A DNA stretch of 40,640 bases from an uncultured Oscillibacter sp. (GCA_946183715.1 CAMHDB010000001.1:1-40640), one strand, 5' to 3'. Positions 1-9,261 are shown, numbered from the stretch's first letter. Numbers and translations: made by a program. The notes: generated by a model from the sequence alone, not told the origin.

Positions 1-1165
1 CGAACTCCACCCGCTTCTGTACGGCGTTCATGACCTCTTTCAGGCCCATGCTGTACAGGCCGCTCTCCGCCGCGTCGCTCAACAGCGACACCAAGTCTTT
101 ACGCTCCAGCCGCTCCACGTCCGGACGCTCCGTGAACCGCAACCCGTCCGCGTCCCAATAGCACTGCCACACGAGTTTCCGGACTGCCTCGCTTGCGGCG
201 TCGGCATCGCCCAGCGCGCGCGCGTAGCGGTCGAGGCCCGCGAAAAAGTCCGGGAATCGTTCGGGGTCGAGTTTCAGCGCGGCGTAGGGCAGGTATCCGG
301 AACGCTCCAAACGCGCTATGCGCCGCCGTTCGACGTTGCGCGCGCCCGTCTCCAAGACTAAATAGCCGCCGTCCCCGGCCAGCCGCGTGACATCCTCCGT
401 CGTGAAAATCAGGTCTTTCGGGGTGTTGTCGAGGTCCGACCAGTTCGACGCGCGCAACTCCCGCCGCATCCAGTGCGGCAGGCCGTACAGGATACAGCAG
501 AGCAGTTCCCGGAGTAAACGGTCTTTCCGGTCAGGCTCCATATCCGGCGCGCCGTACTGGATGTAAAGCGGCGGCACCTGACGCCCGCTTTCGTGTTTGG
601 CGTCCATGTGCGCGTACACGCACTGCAAGAGCGTCTTGTAGAGTTCGCGGCTGACGGACAGGCCCGTACTGTCGAGCGCGCGCGGGAAGTCGAACCCGTC
701 GCCGCGCGGCGGCTCCCTGAGTACGCCTTCCGTCAGGCGCGACAACGCCTCGCGCGCCAGTTCCGCCGACTCCGCCTCCGGTTCGACGCCCGTCGCGGCC
801 TCCTGCGTGAAGCACCCCGGGCCGAGGCACAACAGCGTCTCCGGGCGTTCCAGACACCCGCCGTCCGTCGCGAAAATGTAGGCGTGGGAGAACGAGTTAT
901 TCCCGCGCCCCATGTGGTCGCGCATGCCGTAGCGCGTCCGGATGACGTAGGCGTACTCGCCCTGACAGATAAGCTCGTACAGGCGCAGGGCCTTTCCGAA
1001 CTCGTCGGTAGCGCGGTCGGACGTATCCGCGCGCTGGAAGTGTTCGCAGTCGCGCAGGACTTCCGGCGGGATGTCCCGCGAAAAGGCCGTGGCCGTCCAG
1101 CCGCCTACTTTGTATGGCCCGTCGTATCGAAGTAAGTTTGTGTAACAGCACTGGTAAACTCGCAT
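1..1165 (-). CDS. GAP1-N2/GAP1-M-like (GTPase-associated protein 1) protein, 3' end outside window
   Basis: Not in the ORF track. Manual translation from ATG at 1165 (GGAGGGG RBS at 1171-1177) is open for 388 codons to the window edge: MRVYQCCYTNLLRYDGPYKVGGW...GMRDHMGRGNNSFSHAYIF...ILYGLPHWMRRELRASN. The YQxxYT / GR-x-N-x-FSHAY and LPxxxRxxL motifs fit GAP1-N2/GAP1-M as I recall them. It lies directly after the GTPase gene. Confidence 0.75.
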   Translation of the reverse strand, partial: MRVYQCCYTNLLRYDGPYKVGGWTATAFSRDIPPEVLRDCEHFQRADTSDRATDEFGKALRLYELICQGEYAYVIRTRYGMRDHMGRGNNSFSHAYIFATDGGCLERPETLLCLGPGCFTQEAATGVEPEAESAELAREALSRLTEGVLREPPRGDGFDFPRALDSTGLSVSRELYKTLLQCVYAHMDAKHESGRQVPPLYIQYGAPDMEPDRKDRLLRELLCCILYGLPHWMRRELRASNWSDLDNTPKDLIFTTEDVTRLAGDGGYLVLETGARNVERRRIARLERSGYLPYAALKLDPERFPDFFAGLDRYARALGDADAASEAVRKLVWQCYWDADGLRFTERPDVERLERKDLVSLLSDAAESGLYSMGLKEVMNAVQKRVEF

Positions 1166-1186
1166 ACATGCCCCTCCGGTACGCCG

Positions 1187-3016
1187 TCACAGCGGATTGT
1201 CTCCCAGTTTTGCCCAGTCTTCCTCCAGCCTGATTCGCTCCTCTTCTAATTCGGCGCGTTCCTCGTCCTCCGTCCACGCGTCGGCCCAGCGATTCCCGCA
1301 ACGGTTACAGCCCCGGTTGACGTAAGTCCGCGTAAGGCGCAGGAACCCCGACCGGATTTCGCGCTCGCCCAGCGGTAAAATATAGTTGTCGGTACTCCCG
1401 CACTCCGGACAGTTCACGCGCTTGTAGGGGTAGTCGATTTTCTCGTTGGTGTCGATGTAGCCGAAGCAGTGGAACAGCCACAGTAACGGCTCCTCGACGC
1501 GGCGCGTGGTGAAGTGGTCGCCCTCGTGTACGGGCAGGCCCGTCTCCTTGTCCACGTCACAGCCCAGCGCCGTGAACGCGAAACAGGCGTAGTTCTTGAA
1601 ATTGCCGTCCATCAACAGCGACAAGGACTCGTCGTGGGTCTGGAAGAACGTGTAGAGGCCGTCCAGAATGGGGTTGTAGGCCTTGGCGTTGAACACGGCC
1701 TCGTAGTAGCCGCGGTTGTCCCGGATTCCCTCGACTTCCTCGCTCAGCCGCCGCCGCAAGTCCTCGGGGAATAGCTGCATAAGCTCGTCCATCTTGGACA
1801 GGCACACCGCCACGGGTTTCCGGCACTTGCGGCGCGTGTCGCCGTCGGTGACGATGTTGTGAATGTTGCGGAGCGCCTGCGTGGGCTTATAGCGGAGTTC
1901 GCGCCCGGCCTTGGCCCCGACATACGAAGGGAACTGCGCCGGGTCAATCAACAACATGATACCGTCGGCGTAGCGGATGAACGGCGCGAACTGCAAGGCG
2001 TCGCGGGCGCGGCGCGGGTCCTCGAATACCTCCCCCGTGACGTCGTAAATGACGAGCGTCTCGACGCGCTTGTCGTTGCCGTTGACCGAACGCGACAGGT
2101 CGAAGAACAGCGGTTGATGTAGGTAAACCGTCGTGGAACCCGGGAGGGGCTTCCCGTAGGCGACCTCGTTGTCGTACAGGAACTGCGTGACGCTCGGCGA
2201 GTCGAACGCGTTGAGGTGTACTTTCGCCATGTACTTGTCCATGCCCTCGAAGAGGCGGCACAGGTAGACCGTCTTGCCCGAACCCGTAATGCCAATCACG
2301 GCCAGACGCCGCACGGGATTCTTGCCGTAGTTCGGCGGTAACGGGTTGTGGCAGTGCGGGCACACCCGCCTGTCGCATTCCAGCCCGTCCTCTTTTAACT
2401 GGATTTTCGCCGCCATCCCGTCAACGTCCCGGATGAGGTAGCCGCCGTCGGGCTGTACTTGCAAGTAACTCTGGTGTACCTTGTTGTTGGGGTCGAGGAT
2501 TCGCCGCCGCCACGGTTCGCGGTCGTGTTCGGTGTCGGTCTCGGTGGTACGCCCCCCGGCGAATTTCGCCCAGAAGCGCTCGTAAACCGGGTCGTCCGAT
2601 AAGTCGAAAAACGTATCCGCCGCCGGGGCCGCCGTGCGCGCCGCCTCCTGTACGCTCCGGATATCCCGCAGACGCTCCGACAGTTTCGCGATACGCGTCT
2701 TTAGCACGCAGTCCGGGAAGCGGTTCTCGAAGTCGCGCCAGTTGTCGTACTCCTCCTCCGGGTACAAGTCCTCGCGCGTGATTTCCGCGCCGCTCTCCAG
2801 CAGTTCCAACAGCCGCCCGCGCACATACGACAATAACTCCCGTTCGTCGCCGGGTTCGGCGGGGGTATCGGCGGGGAGTAAGGTATCGACAATCGTCTGT
2901 GCGCCGCTGACCGCCGGGGCCGCCGCCCGCGCGGACGTTACTTTCTCCGAACGGAACAGCACCTCGTCGTCCCGCATGGGCCGGAAACAGTAGGGGCAGG
3001 TGAATTGATAAGCCAT
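1187..3016 (-). CDS. TRAFAC-clade GTPase (DO-GTPase2-like) with N- and C-terminal zinc ribbons
   Basis: G1 GITGSGKT, G3 DVTGE, G4 SKMD, G5-like FTALG. CPYC ... CPHC pairs precede the G domain; CPECGS ... CNRCG at the C-terminus. AAAGGAG RBS upstream. Confidence 0.8.
   Translation of the reverse strand: MAYQFTCPYCFRPMRDDEVLFRSEKVTSARAAAPAVSGAQTIVDTLLPADTPAEPGDERELLSYVRGRLLELLESGAEITREDLYPEEEYDNWRDFENRFPDCVLKTRIAKLSERLRDIRSVQEAARTAAPAADTFFDLSDDPVYERFWAKFAGGRTTETDTEHDREPWRRRILDPNNKVHQSYLQVQPDGGYLIRDVDGMAAKIQLKEDGLECDRRVCPHCHNPLPPNYGKNPVRRLAVIGITGSGKTVYLCRLFEGMDKYMAKVHLNAFDSPSVTQFLYDNEVAYGKPLPGSTTVYLHQPLFFDLSRSVNGNDKRVETLVIYDVTGEVFEDPRRARDALQFAPFIRYADGIMLLIDPAQFPSYVGAKAGRELRYKPTQALRNIHNIVTDGDTRRKCRKPVAVCLSKMDELMQLFPEDLRRRLSEEVEGIRDNRGYYEAVFNAKAYNPILDGLYTFFQTHDESLSLLMDGNFKNYACFAFTALGCDVDKETGLPVHEGDHFTTRRVEEPLLWLFHCFGYIDTNEKIDYPYKRVNCPECGSTDNYILPLGEREIRSGFLRLTRTYVNRGCNRCGNRWADAWTEDEERAELEEERIRLEEDWAKLGDNPL
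2620..2932. repeat. 22-bp imperfect direct repeat pair (2620-2641 and 2911-2932) inside the GTPase gene
   Basis: ccgccggggccgccgtgcgcgc vs ccgccggggccgccgcccgcgc. The copies are 291 bp (97 codons) apart and both encode AR(T/A)AAPA linkers. Confidence 0.6.
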
Positions 3017-3029
3017 ACGGAATCTCCTT

Positions 3030-3710
3030 TCAGCGTTCGCGGCGGGGTTCCGACAGCCGCACGCCCGCGTTACGCGCCTGTAGTATCGGCTTCCGGGCCG
3101 TGCGGACGTAAAATTCCCCGCGCTCTATCATCTGCCTCGTGACCGGAATCAGCCAGCGGTCGCCGACGCTGTATTCCAAATCGCCGTCGCGGTAGTTCTC
3201 CGGGCACTTCCCCGGGAACGCCACCCGGAAAAATTCGGTGGGCGTCTCGCGGCGGAACAGCCAATAGCCGCTATGCGTCCGCACGGGGCCGACTTCTACG
3301 AGAATATTCATGGGCACGTCACAGCGCGGCGACGACATCGAATCGCGCCCCCGCGCCACGTACACCCGGCAAAGGTCGTCCGTCACGCACGGGAACACCG
3401 TGTAAGTACAGGCTTCCCCGTTGGCGTCGCAGCCCTGATTCCGGGCCTTCTCCTCCGCGCCGACGTAGCGCACCGACAACGACGCGCTGAGCGTCTGGAA
3501 GCGTCCCTCGGGCAGTCGCAAGCCGCAAACACGGTCGAGCAAATCCTGTAAAGCCTCCGGGTCGCGGGCCGGGTCGACGCCGTAGGGCGTCTGTACCAGC
3601 AAGCTGTCCTGACCGGGGAGCACCGTCCACGAAAGGCGGTTCGACTGCGGGTCGAGCGTCAGCGACGTGGCGTAGTGGTCGCGGTCGGCGGGGCGGCACT
3701 CGTATTTCAT
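3030..3710 (-). CDS. Hypothetical beta-strand-rich protein (226 aa), component of the GTPase operon
   Basis: ATG at 3710 follows an AAGGAG RBS and overlaps the upstream TGA (ATGA coupling). Alternating hydrophobic pattern suggests beta-sandwich domains. No signal peptide. Confidence 0.7.
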   Translation of the reverse strand: MKYECRPADRDHYATSLTLDPQSNRLSWTVLPGQDSLLVQTPYGVDPARDPEALQDLLDRVCGLRLPEGRFQTLSASLSVRYVGAEEKARNQGCDANGEACTYTVFPCVTDDLCRVYVARGRDSMSSPRCDVPMNILVEVGPVRTHSGYWLFRRETPTEFFRVAFPGKCPENYRDGDLEYSVGDRWLIPVTRQMIERGEFYVRTARKPILQARNAGVRLSEPRRER

Positions 3711-5644
3711 GCGGTTTCTCCTTCCCCGCTCCAAAGGTGGAAGCGTTCCAGCCGGAAAATATTCAGCGATTCCGCCGCGCTCCCCCGTCCCGTCTGATAG
3801 AAACGCGTCTTTTCCGGGTCGGGCAGACTGTCGCGGAGGGTTCTATAGAGCGTGTCGGGGGCGCGCTCGTCGATGTTCAGCAGGACGAACGACAGAAACG
3901 GCGTGTCAAGCGAAAAGCCCGTACAGAAATAGACAGGCGCGCCCGTCAGCGTCGCGCGGGTCTGCTCAATCTGTATCGCGCCGACATCCTCGAACGTCGC
4001 CGCGAACACGCCCCGCAAAGTACGGTTCTCGAAAATGCTGTCCATGACTTCCCGGAAAAAGTCGGTCATGCCCTCCACGTCCGGGATGGTCTGGAATTTC
4101 TCGCGGAGTTCGGCCTGACGGCTGTCGAAGAACGCCCGGAGATTGCGCGCGTAGTAGTGGATAAAGGCCTCGTTGTCGCCGTGGGCCTCGGGAATCTGGG
4201 AACGCGTCCGCATGAGTTCGTCCCACGCGCGGAGAAATTCCGTGGCGCGCGTCCCGGCGTCCCTGATTTCCGCTAAAAGTCCCTCCCGGATTTCGGCGTC
4301 CGACGACAACAGATACTTTAGCCGTTGCGCGGCGGTCTCCCGGATGGACGTGTCCGCCGACAAATGGTTGACAGGTTCGGCCAGTTCCCGCACGCGCTCC
4401 GGGTGTTCCGACAGCTCCACGAGTTCCTTGGCGTGGAAACTCCGCCGTAAGAAGTCGGCGTAGGCGCGGCGCCAGTTGCGGATGTCGCTCACGCGGTCGC
4501 GCAGGCCGTCGCGGGCGTCGTCGACGGCGCGCTCTAAATAGCAGTTCCACGCCCCGAACGTCAGCGCGTCAATACGCGCCGAAGAGGTCTCCGTACACAG
4601 CGCGTCACTCTCGGCGGCGTCGGGCGCGCCCAGCGGGAACGCCCGCAACAGTTCGCGGAGTTCGTCGCCCCCGGGCACGAAACGCGGGAGATTGCGTTCG
4701 ATTTCGTCGTCGAGTACGAGAAACGTCCCGTCCTCCGACAGTCCAAGCCGTTCGCGTGTGCGCTCCCGGTCGTGCCCGAACAAGTCGCCCACACCCGACG
4801 GCGCGAAGCCGTTCAACTCGTCCAGTAGGTGGTCGACACAAATTCTACTGATATCGTCGACGGGCTTTTCGGCGCGCGCGTAGCCCGCCGTCATGACCGC
4901 GCCCGGGCGGAAAAGTTCCTGTACAACCTGCGCGTCCTGATTGTTCGAGACCGCTATCAACGCCGTGACAAGGCGTCGGCACAGCGCGCCGTCGCGGTCA
5001 ATCAGGGAATCGCTTCTCCGGTTGCTCACAAGCATTAGGGACGGCATTTCGGCGCGGGCGTCGAGGCACTCGCCCAGACGGGCGCGGATTTGTTCGGCCT
5101 GTTCGCGGGCGGTGCGGCTGTCCTCCCGGAACAGCACGGAAAGCATGGTCAGTACGGGCGTCACGTTGTCGATGGAGCGCCGGAAGGTGTCGAGGGCGTC
5201 GAGCCAGAAGCCGAGTTCGTCCGCCGACTGAAACTCCGCCGTATCGAGAAGGGCGTACAGCAGAATGCGGTTGGCGCGCGAGAAGTGCGTCCCGACCCGG
5301 AACAGTTCCGCCGTCATGCCGCCGAGTTCCGCCGCCGTCAGCGGTACGGCCTTCCCGGTGTCGGGGCCTGCCGGGGGGAGTTCGCCCGTATGGCGTCCGG
5401 GGTTCGTGAATACGGGGCCGTGCGGCGCGCGCTCGGTGTCGACAAAGGCGATGTCGTCGCAGTACGGCGGCCAGAGCTGGCGCAAGCCGTACTGAATCAC
5501 ATGGTTCAGGCGCCGGGTTCCGCCGCCCAGCGTGAGTACCATCATGGGGTAACAGGGCCCCGTGTGCGGGCCGTTCACCGCCGACTGGCTGTCCGCGCGG
5601 CGGAGACGCTCCGAAAATTGTCTGGTCAGTTCCTGTACGGTCAT
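3707..5644 (-). CDS. Hypothetical 645-aa protein, possibly a degenerate tubulin-like paralog
   Basis: Long ORF with GGAGG RBS. N-terminal YPMMVLTLGGGT resembles the T1 loop ILIGLGGTG of the upstream gene, but GAG and GGGTGSG motifs are absent. The middle is predicted helical. Confidence 0.65.
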   Translation of the reverse strand: MTVQELTRQFSERLRRADSQSAVNGPHTGPCYPMMVLTLGGGTRRLNHVIQYGLRQLWPPYCDDIAFVDTERAPHGPVFTNPGRHTGELPPAGPDTGKAVPLTAAELGGMTAELFRVGTHFSRANRILLYALLDTAEFQSADELGFWLDALDTFRRSIDNVTPVLTMLSVLFREDSRTAREQAEQIRARLGECLDARAEMPSLMLVSNRRSDSLIDRDGALCRRLVTALIAVSNNQDAQVVQELFRPGAVMTAGYARAEKPVDDISRICVDHLLDELNGFAPSGVGDLFGHDRERTRERLGLSEDGTFLVLDDEIERNLPRFVPGGDELRELLRAFPLGAPDAAESDALCTETSSARIDALTFGAWNCYLERAVDDARDGLRDRVSDIRNWRRAYADFLRRSFHAKELVELSEHPERVRELAEPVNHLSADTSIRETAAQRLKYLLSSDAEIREGLLAEIRDAGTRATEFLRAWDELMRTRSQIPEAHGDNEAFIHYYARNLRAFFDSRQAELREKFQTIPDVEGMTDFFREVMDSIFENRTLRGVFAATFEDVGAIQIEQTRATLTGAPVYFCTGFSLDTPFLSFVLLNIDERAPDTLYRTLRDSLPDPEKTRFYQTGRGSAAESLNIFRLERFHLWSGEGETA

Positions 5645-5662
5645 GGCGAATCCTCCGCGCGC

Positions 5663-8600
5663 TCAAAGCTCGTTGTCAAGGCAGAACATCCGGAAACGCT
5701 GGAAGAAGTCTTTCAAGAACGCCTGAATTTCCGCGCCGTTCTCCCAGTTCGACGCAAGCTCCATGAGAATCGACTGCCGGTTCTGCGGGAAAACTTCTTT
5801 TAACGCCGTCCCGGCGGCGCGTAGTTCGGGCGTATTCTCGCGGTAACGCTTCTGGTACTCCCGCCGAATGCGTCCCTGCGCTTCCGTACTCAGTTTGCGG
5901 TAGTTCAAGAAGGCCTGATAGGGCGGAATCCGCGCGTAGGGGTACTCCCCGCTAAAATCGCACAGCGTCACGGGCATTCCGTCGTTGTCGTACACGATGG
6001 AGCGCCCGTTCATCGTCAAAACGCCCGTGAACAGCGCCTCGCAATAGTCGTTCATAATCCGCTTGCGGGCCTCGGCCTCCTGCGCCTGCCGTTCGTTCAG
6101 ACGCTTCATTTCGGCGTCCTTCTCGTCCGTCGCGACGAGTACCGCTTCGGCCTGTTCGAGCGTGTCGAGCGCCCCGGCGATTCCGGCATGGTACGCCGGG
6201 GACGATACGAAATGGTCTTCCTGTACGCGCAATATGATTTCTTCCTCACTGCGGTCGCCGTCCTGCGGGAGACCGTCGCCCGTCGGGTACAGCGGCCGCC
6301 GTAGGCGTTCCCGCACGGCCTCCGCCGCGCTGTACAACGCCGGCATGGCGTCGGGGCTGTGCGTCTGGTCGACGAGCGTCCGGCACGCTTCCGCCGCTTC
6401 CCGTAAGCCGTCCACGTCGGGCACGGCGTAGAAATTGCTGTCGTTGTCCAGCAGATTCCGGGCGCGGGTACGCTTCCAAAGCGCGCGCGCGGAGAGAATC
6501 GGCTTTTGCAGGTCGGGCGGCAAGTCCGAACAGCTCTCGGAAAGCACGCTCTGCGGCATAATCGACGGCAGATTCCGCCAGTCGTTGAAGCGCATGCCGG
6601 GCACGGGCTTTCCCTCGTAGGAGTGCCGCCCCACGGAGCGCGACGAGTAGAACATCTGCTCGTAGTTCTGACAGTTGTTGTACGCGCTCAGGGGCAGTCC
6701 GCACGCGCTCGACATGACGAAAATTCGGTCGGTCAGGGCGCTGGTCTTCAGGCCCCACAGCGAATCCTCGGCGTTACGCCGCCGCGCCGCCGCCGCTATC
6801 GGGGCCGATTCCGCCGGGTACGACAGGAACGCGAGTTTAGAAGTCCCGCTCTCCTGCCAAATCGAATTGTTGAAGTAGAACAGCGGGCGCGCCTTCTCGG
6901 TCAAAGGCCGAATCCAGTCGTTGTAGATACAGTGCGCGAGCGCGTCGTCGTCCATACGGGAGCCCTCCTGCGCCTCGTACTTGTCGCGGAGGAAATTCGT
7001 AATCGTGCGGTTGGCGAAGTTCTCGAAGGCCGTGTTCAGGAAAAAGTCGGTGACAAGGCGCGTAATGCGCCCCTCGTCCTCCTGTAGCCACTCCTCGGAG
7101 TGCTGTAACATCAGGGTCATGAACGAGTTGAACATGTTCGCGGCGTCCAGACGCCTGATTTCGGCGTCCAGCGCGGGGCGGAGTTCCGATACGCTCATCA
7201 TCGGCGTCGCGAAGCCCTCCAAATTCTGGTGTATCGCGTGGGAGGCCAGCGCCTGCCGGTTGTCCTCGAAGGTGTCGGTCAGATTCTGCGTGACGCGGCT
7301 TAAACGAATGTAATAGTTGCTCGACGCGTCCATGACCTGCTCGCGGAAATCGTGTAAGATACGCTTCATGTGCTGACAGGTGACGAGTTCCAATTCGTGC
7401 TGTTCGTGGGCGCTCAGGTAGTATTCGTAGGCCTCGAAGCGCGCCTTGTTCCCGAACAGCCCCCGCGCGCGCGCCTCGAAATTCAGGCGGGCGTTGTCGT
7501 AGTCCTGCTGTCGCTCGGTCGTGCGCTGTGACGCCGTCTCGTAGCGTTCATCGTTACGGCGAATCCAGTCGTCAATCAGCGTAATGAGGTTGTGCTTCTC
7601 CGCCGTCGACACGATTCCGTAGGCGTACAACGGCCCCCGCGACACGTCGCGTATAACCGGCTCCAGCGCGTTCCGGATACGCTGTATCAGCGAATCCGGC
7701 TGGGCGTCGTCCGACATCCGTTTCGCGTTGGCCTGTAGACGCGCCTTTTTCGCGGCGGTCTGCTTGGCGTAGTGGTCAACCAAATCCTTGTTGCCGTAGT
7801 CGCGGACAAACTTCCAGTCGTCCGTATAGGGCAGGTATTCCTCCGGCGCGGCGTCCTTCTGTACCTCCCGGAATAACGCGTTGTAGACTTCCTCGGCAGT
7901 CCCGGCCCCCGGGGCCAGTGCGCGGAACGACAATTCCTCGACTTCCGCCTGTTCGGGGCGGTTGCGGCGTATTCCCGCGAAGCTGTGGAACAGTTCGGAG
8001 GCCAGATACGTGTTAATCTCCCGTAGCGGCACGCTCGCGCACGCCGCCCCGATAATGCAGTAGTCCATACAGGCCCCGGTCAACTTCTTCTGGTTCGCCT
8101 CGCCTATCATCGACTGGAAGTTTGACAAGTGCTGTTGCAGGTCGAAAGTCGCGTTGGAATCCGTCAGGAAGTCCATGAGGTATTCCGCCGTGACGTTCAT
8201 GGCGTAGTCGTAGGCCTGCGCGATAGAATTATTGTCTTGGTCGGTGGCGCAAATCAAATGGCACATGTCCACGGGCGCGGCAGTCCACGGCACGGGCGGG
8301 CGGTTCGCTTGGTACATCTGCGAAAATCCGCCGCCGTTGAATTGCAAGTTCATGCAGTAGTCTAACTCCTGCATGGAGGCGTAGCCGTTCTTGCAAATGT
8401 AGTCGCGGACGCTGGAATTGGCGCGGGGCACGGGCCACAAGTTGACATCCGGGAGGAAGAAGTAGCCGAAAATCGTCACGGCCCCGAGGCGGTCGGCGAT
8501 AGACCGGATTAAGTAGCACACGTCCAGAAAGCACCCGGAACCCGTGCCGCCGCTCAGTCCCGAAAATACGTGGATATTCACGCGCGGGTTATTCAGGCCG

Positions 8601-9148
8601 ATTTTGGCCTTCTCTATCTCCTGTTCGAGTTTGCCGATAAAGTTCCCGGCCCTGTCCATGAACATGAACCGCCCGACTTGCCGGATACCCCCCGCGCCCG
8701 CGTCGGTCAAGTCCGGGAGGCGGATGGTCTCGTATTCCAGCCACGACAACTCTTTCCGGTGGTGCAGGGCCTGTTTATTCTGGAAGGCGCGCTGTAGCTG
8801 GTTGTTGGCGATGGAGAAAAATTCGCTGTCGGAGAGGGGCATAATCTGGTCGGCGGCGGCGCTGTTGTCGGGGCGCTTGTTCGGGTCCTGACGCAGCGCG
8901 CCGCGACGGCTTGCCTCCGCGCTGTCGACGCCCAGAAAACGGATATGGGAGTAAGTCGGCACGGCGGCCCCGGGGATATCGGGCTTGAGGCGGTCGTAGA
9001 CCTGCGTTTTGATGGTTCGGATACAGTGTACGCCCGTACCGCCCAGCCCGATGAGGATACTGGCGGTATTGCGTGCTTGGTCGGCCTGCTGTCCGGCGGA
9101 GATGATGCCGCCTCCCGTACTCAACAGCAGTCTTGCGTAACTTGACAT
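5663..9148 (-). CDS. Large tubulin/FtsZ-like GTPase (Tubulin_2-type) with long helical/coiled-coil extension
   Basis: IGLGGTG (T1), GAGGIRQVGR (T3), SGLSGGTGSG (tubulin signature), NGYASMQELDY. Start at 9148 preferred because of the AAGGAGG RBS at 9154-9160. Confidence 0.88.
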   Translation of the reverse strand: MSSYARLLLSTGGGIISAGQQADQARNTASILIGLGGTGVHCIRTIKTQVYDRLKPDIPGAAVPTYSHIRFLGVDSAEASRRGALRQDPNKRPDNSAAADQIMPLSDSEFFSIANNQLQRAFQNKQALHHRKELSWLEYETIRLPDLTDAGAGGIRQVGRFMFMDRAGNFIGKLEQEIEKAKIGLNNPRVNIHVFSGLSGGTGSGCFLDVCYLIRSIADRLGAVTIFGYFFLPDVNLWPVPRANSSVRDYICKNGYASMQELDYCMNLQFNGGGFSQMYQANRPPVPWTAAPVDMCHLICATDQDNNSIAQAYDYAMNVTAEYLMDFLTDSNATFDLQQHLSNFQSMIGEANQKKLTGACMDYCIIGAACASVPLREINTYLASELFHSFAGIRRNRPEQAEVEELSFRALAPGAGTAEEVYNALFREVQKDAAPEEYLPYTDDWKFVRDYGNKDLVDHYAKQTAAKKARLQANAKRMSDDAQPDSLIQRIRNALEPVIRDVSRGPLYAYGIVSTAEKHNLITLIDDWIRRNDERYETASQRTTERQQDYDNARLNFEARARGLFGNKARFEAYEYYLSAHEQHELELVTCQHMKRILHDFREQVMDASSNYYIRLSRVTQNLTDTFEDNRQALASHAIHQNLEGFATPMMSVSELRPALDAEIRRLDAANMFNSFMTLMLQHSEEWLQEDEGRITRLVTDFFLNTAFENFANRTITNFLRDKYEAQEGSRMDDDALAHCIYNDWIRPLTEKARPLFYFNNSIWQESGTSKLAFLSYPAESAPIAAAARRRNAEDSLWGLKTSALTDRIFVMSSACGLPLSAYNNCQNYEQMFYSSRSVGRHSYEGKPVPGMRFNDWRNLPSIMPQSVLSESCSDLPPDLQKPILSARALWKRTRARNLLDNDSNFYAVPDVDGLREAAEACRTLVDQTHSPDAMPALYSAAEAVRERLRRPLYPTGDGLPQDGDRSEEEIILRVQEDHFVSSPAYHAGIAGALDTLEQAEAVLVATDEKDAEMKRLNERQAQEAEARKRIMNDYCEALFTGVLTMNGRSIVYDNDGMPVTLCDFSGEYPYARIPPYQAFLNYRKLSTEAQGRIRREYQKRYRENTPELRAAGTALKEVFPQNRQSILMELASNWENGAEIQAFLKDFFQRFRMFCLDNEL

Positions 9149-9215
9149 GGGTTCCTCCTTCATGCTTTCCGCCGCCTCTTCCGTCCTTGTGCGGGCGGGG
9201 CGGTTCCATGACAGG

Positions 9216-9255
9216 GAAACCCGTCCGGCGCGGTCGAGAGGCCCGGACGGGTTTC
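9216..9255 (-). other. 13-bp perfect stem-loop in the vWA-tubulin intergenic region
   Basis: gaaacccgtccgg (9216-9228) / ccggacgggtttc (9243-9255), 14-nt loop, no clear U-tract. Confidence 0.6.
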
Positions 9256-9261
9256 ATACTT

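Noticed and set aside
193-1301. Track ORFs 193-390, 531-857, 593-1135 and 897-1301
   Set aside because: Arg/Gly/Pro-rich shadow frames overlapping the real minus-strand GAP1-like gene.
5663-9148. Calling the tubulin-like gene ftsZ, or a plasmid/phage tubZ
   Set aside because: It is about three times FtsZ length, lacks the FtsZ NxDxxD T7 loop and division-cluster context, and has no TubR, centromere repeats or replicon genes nearby.
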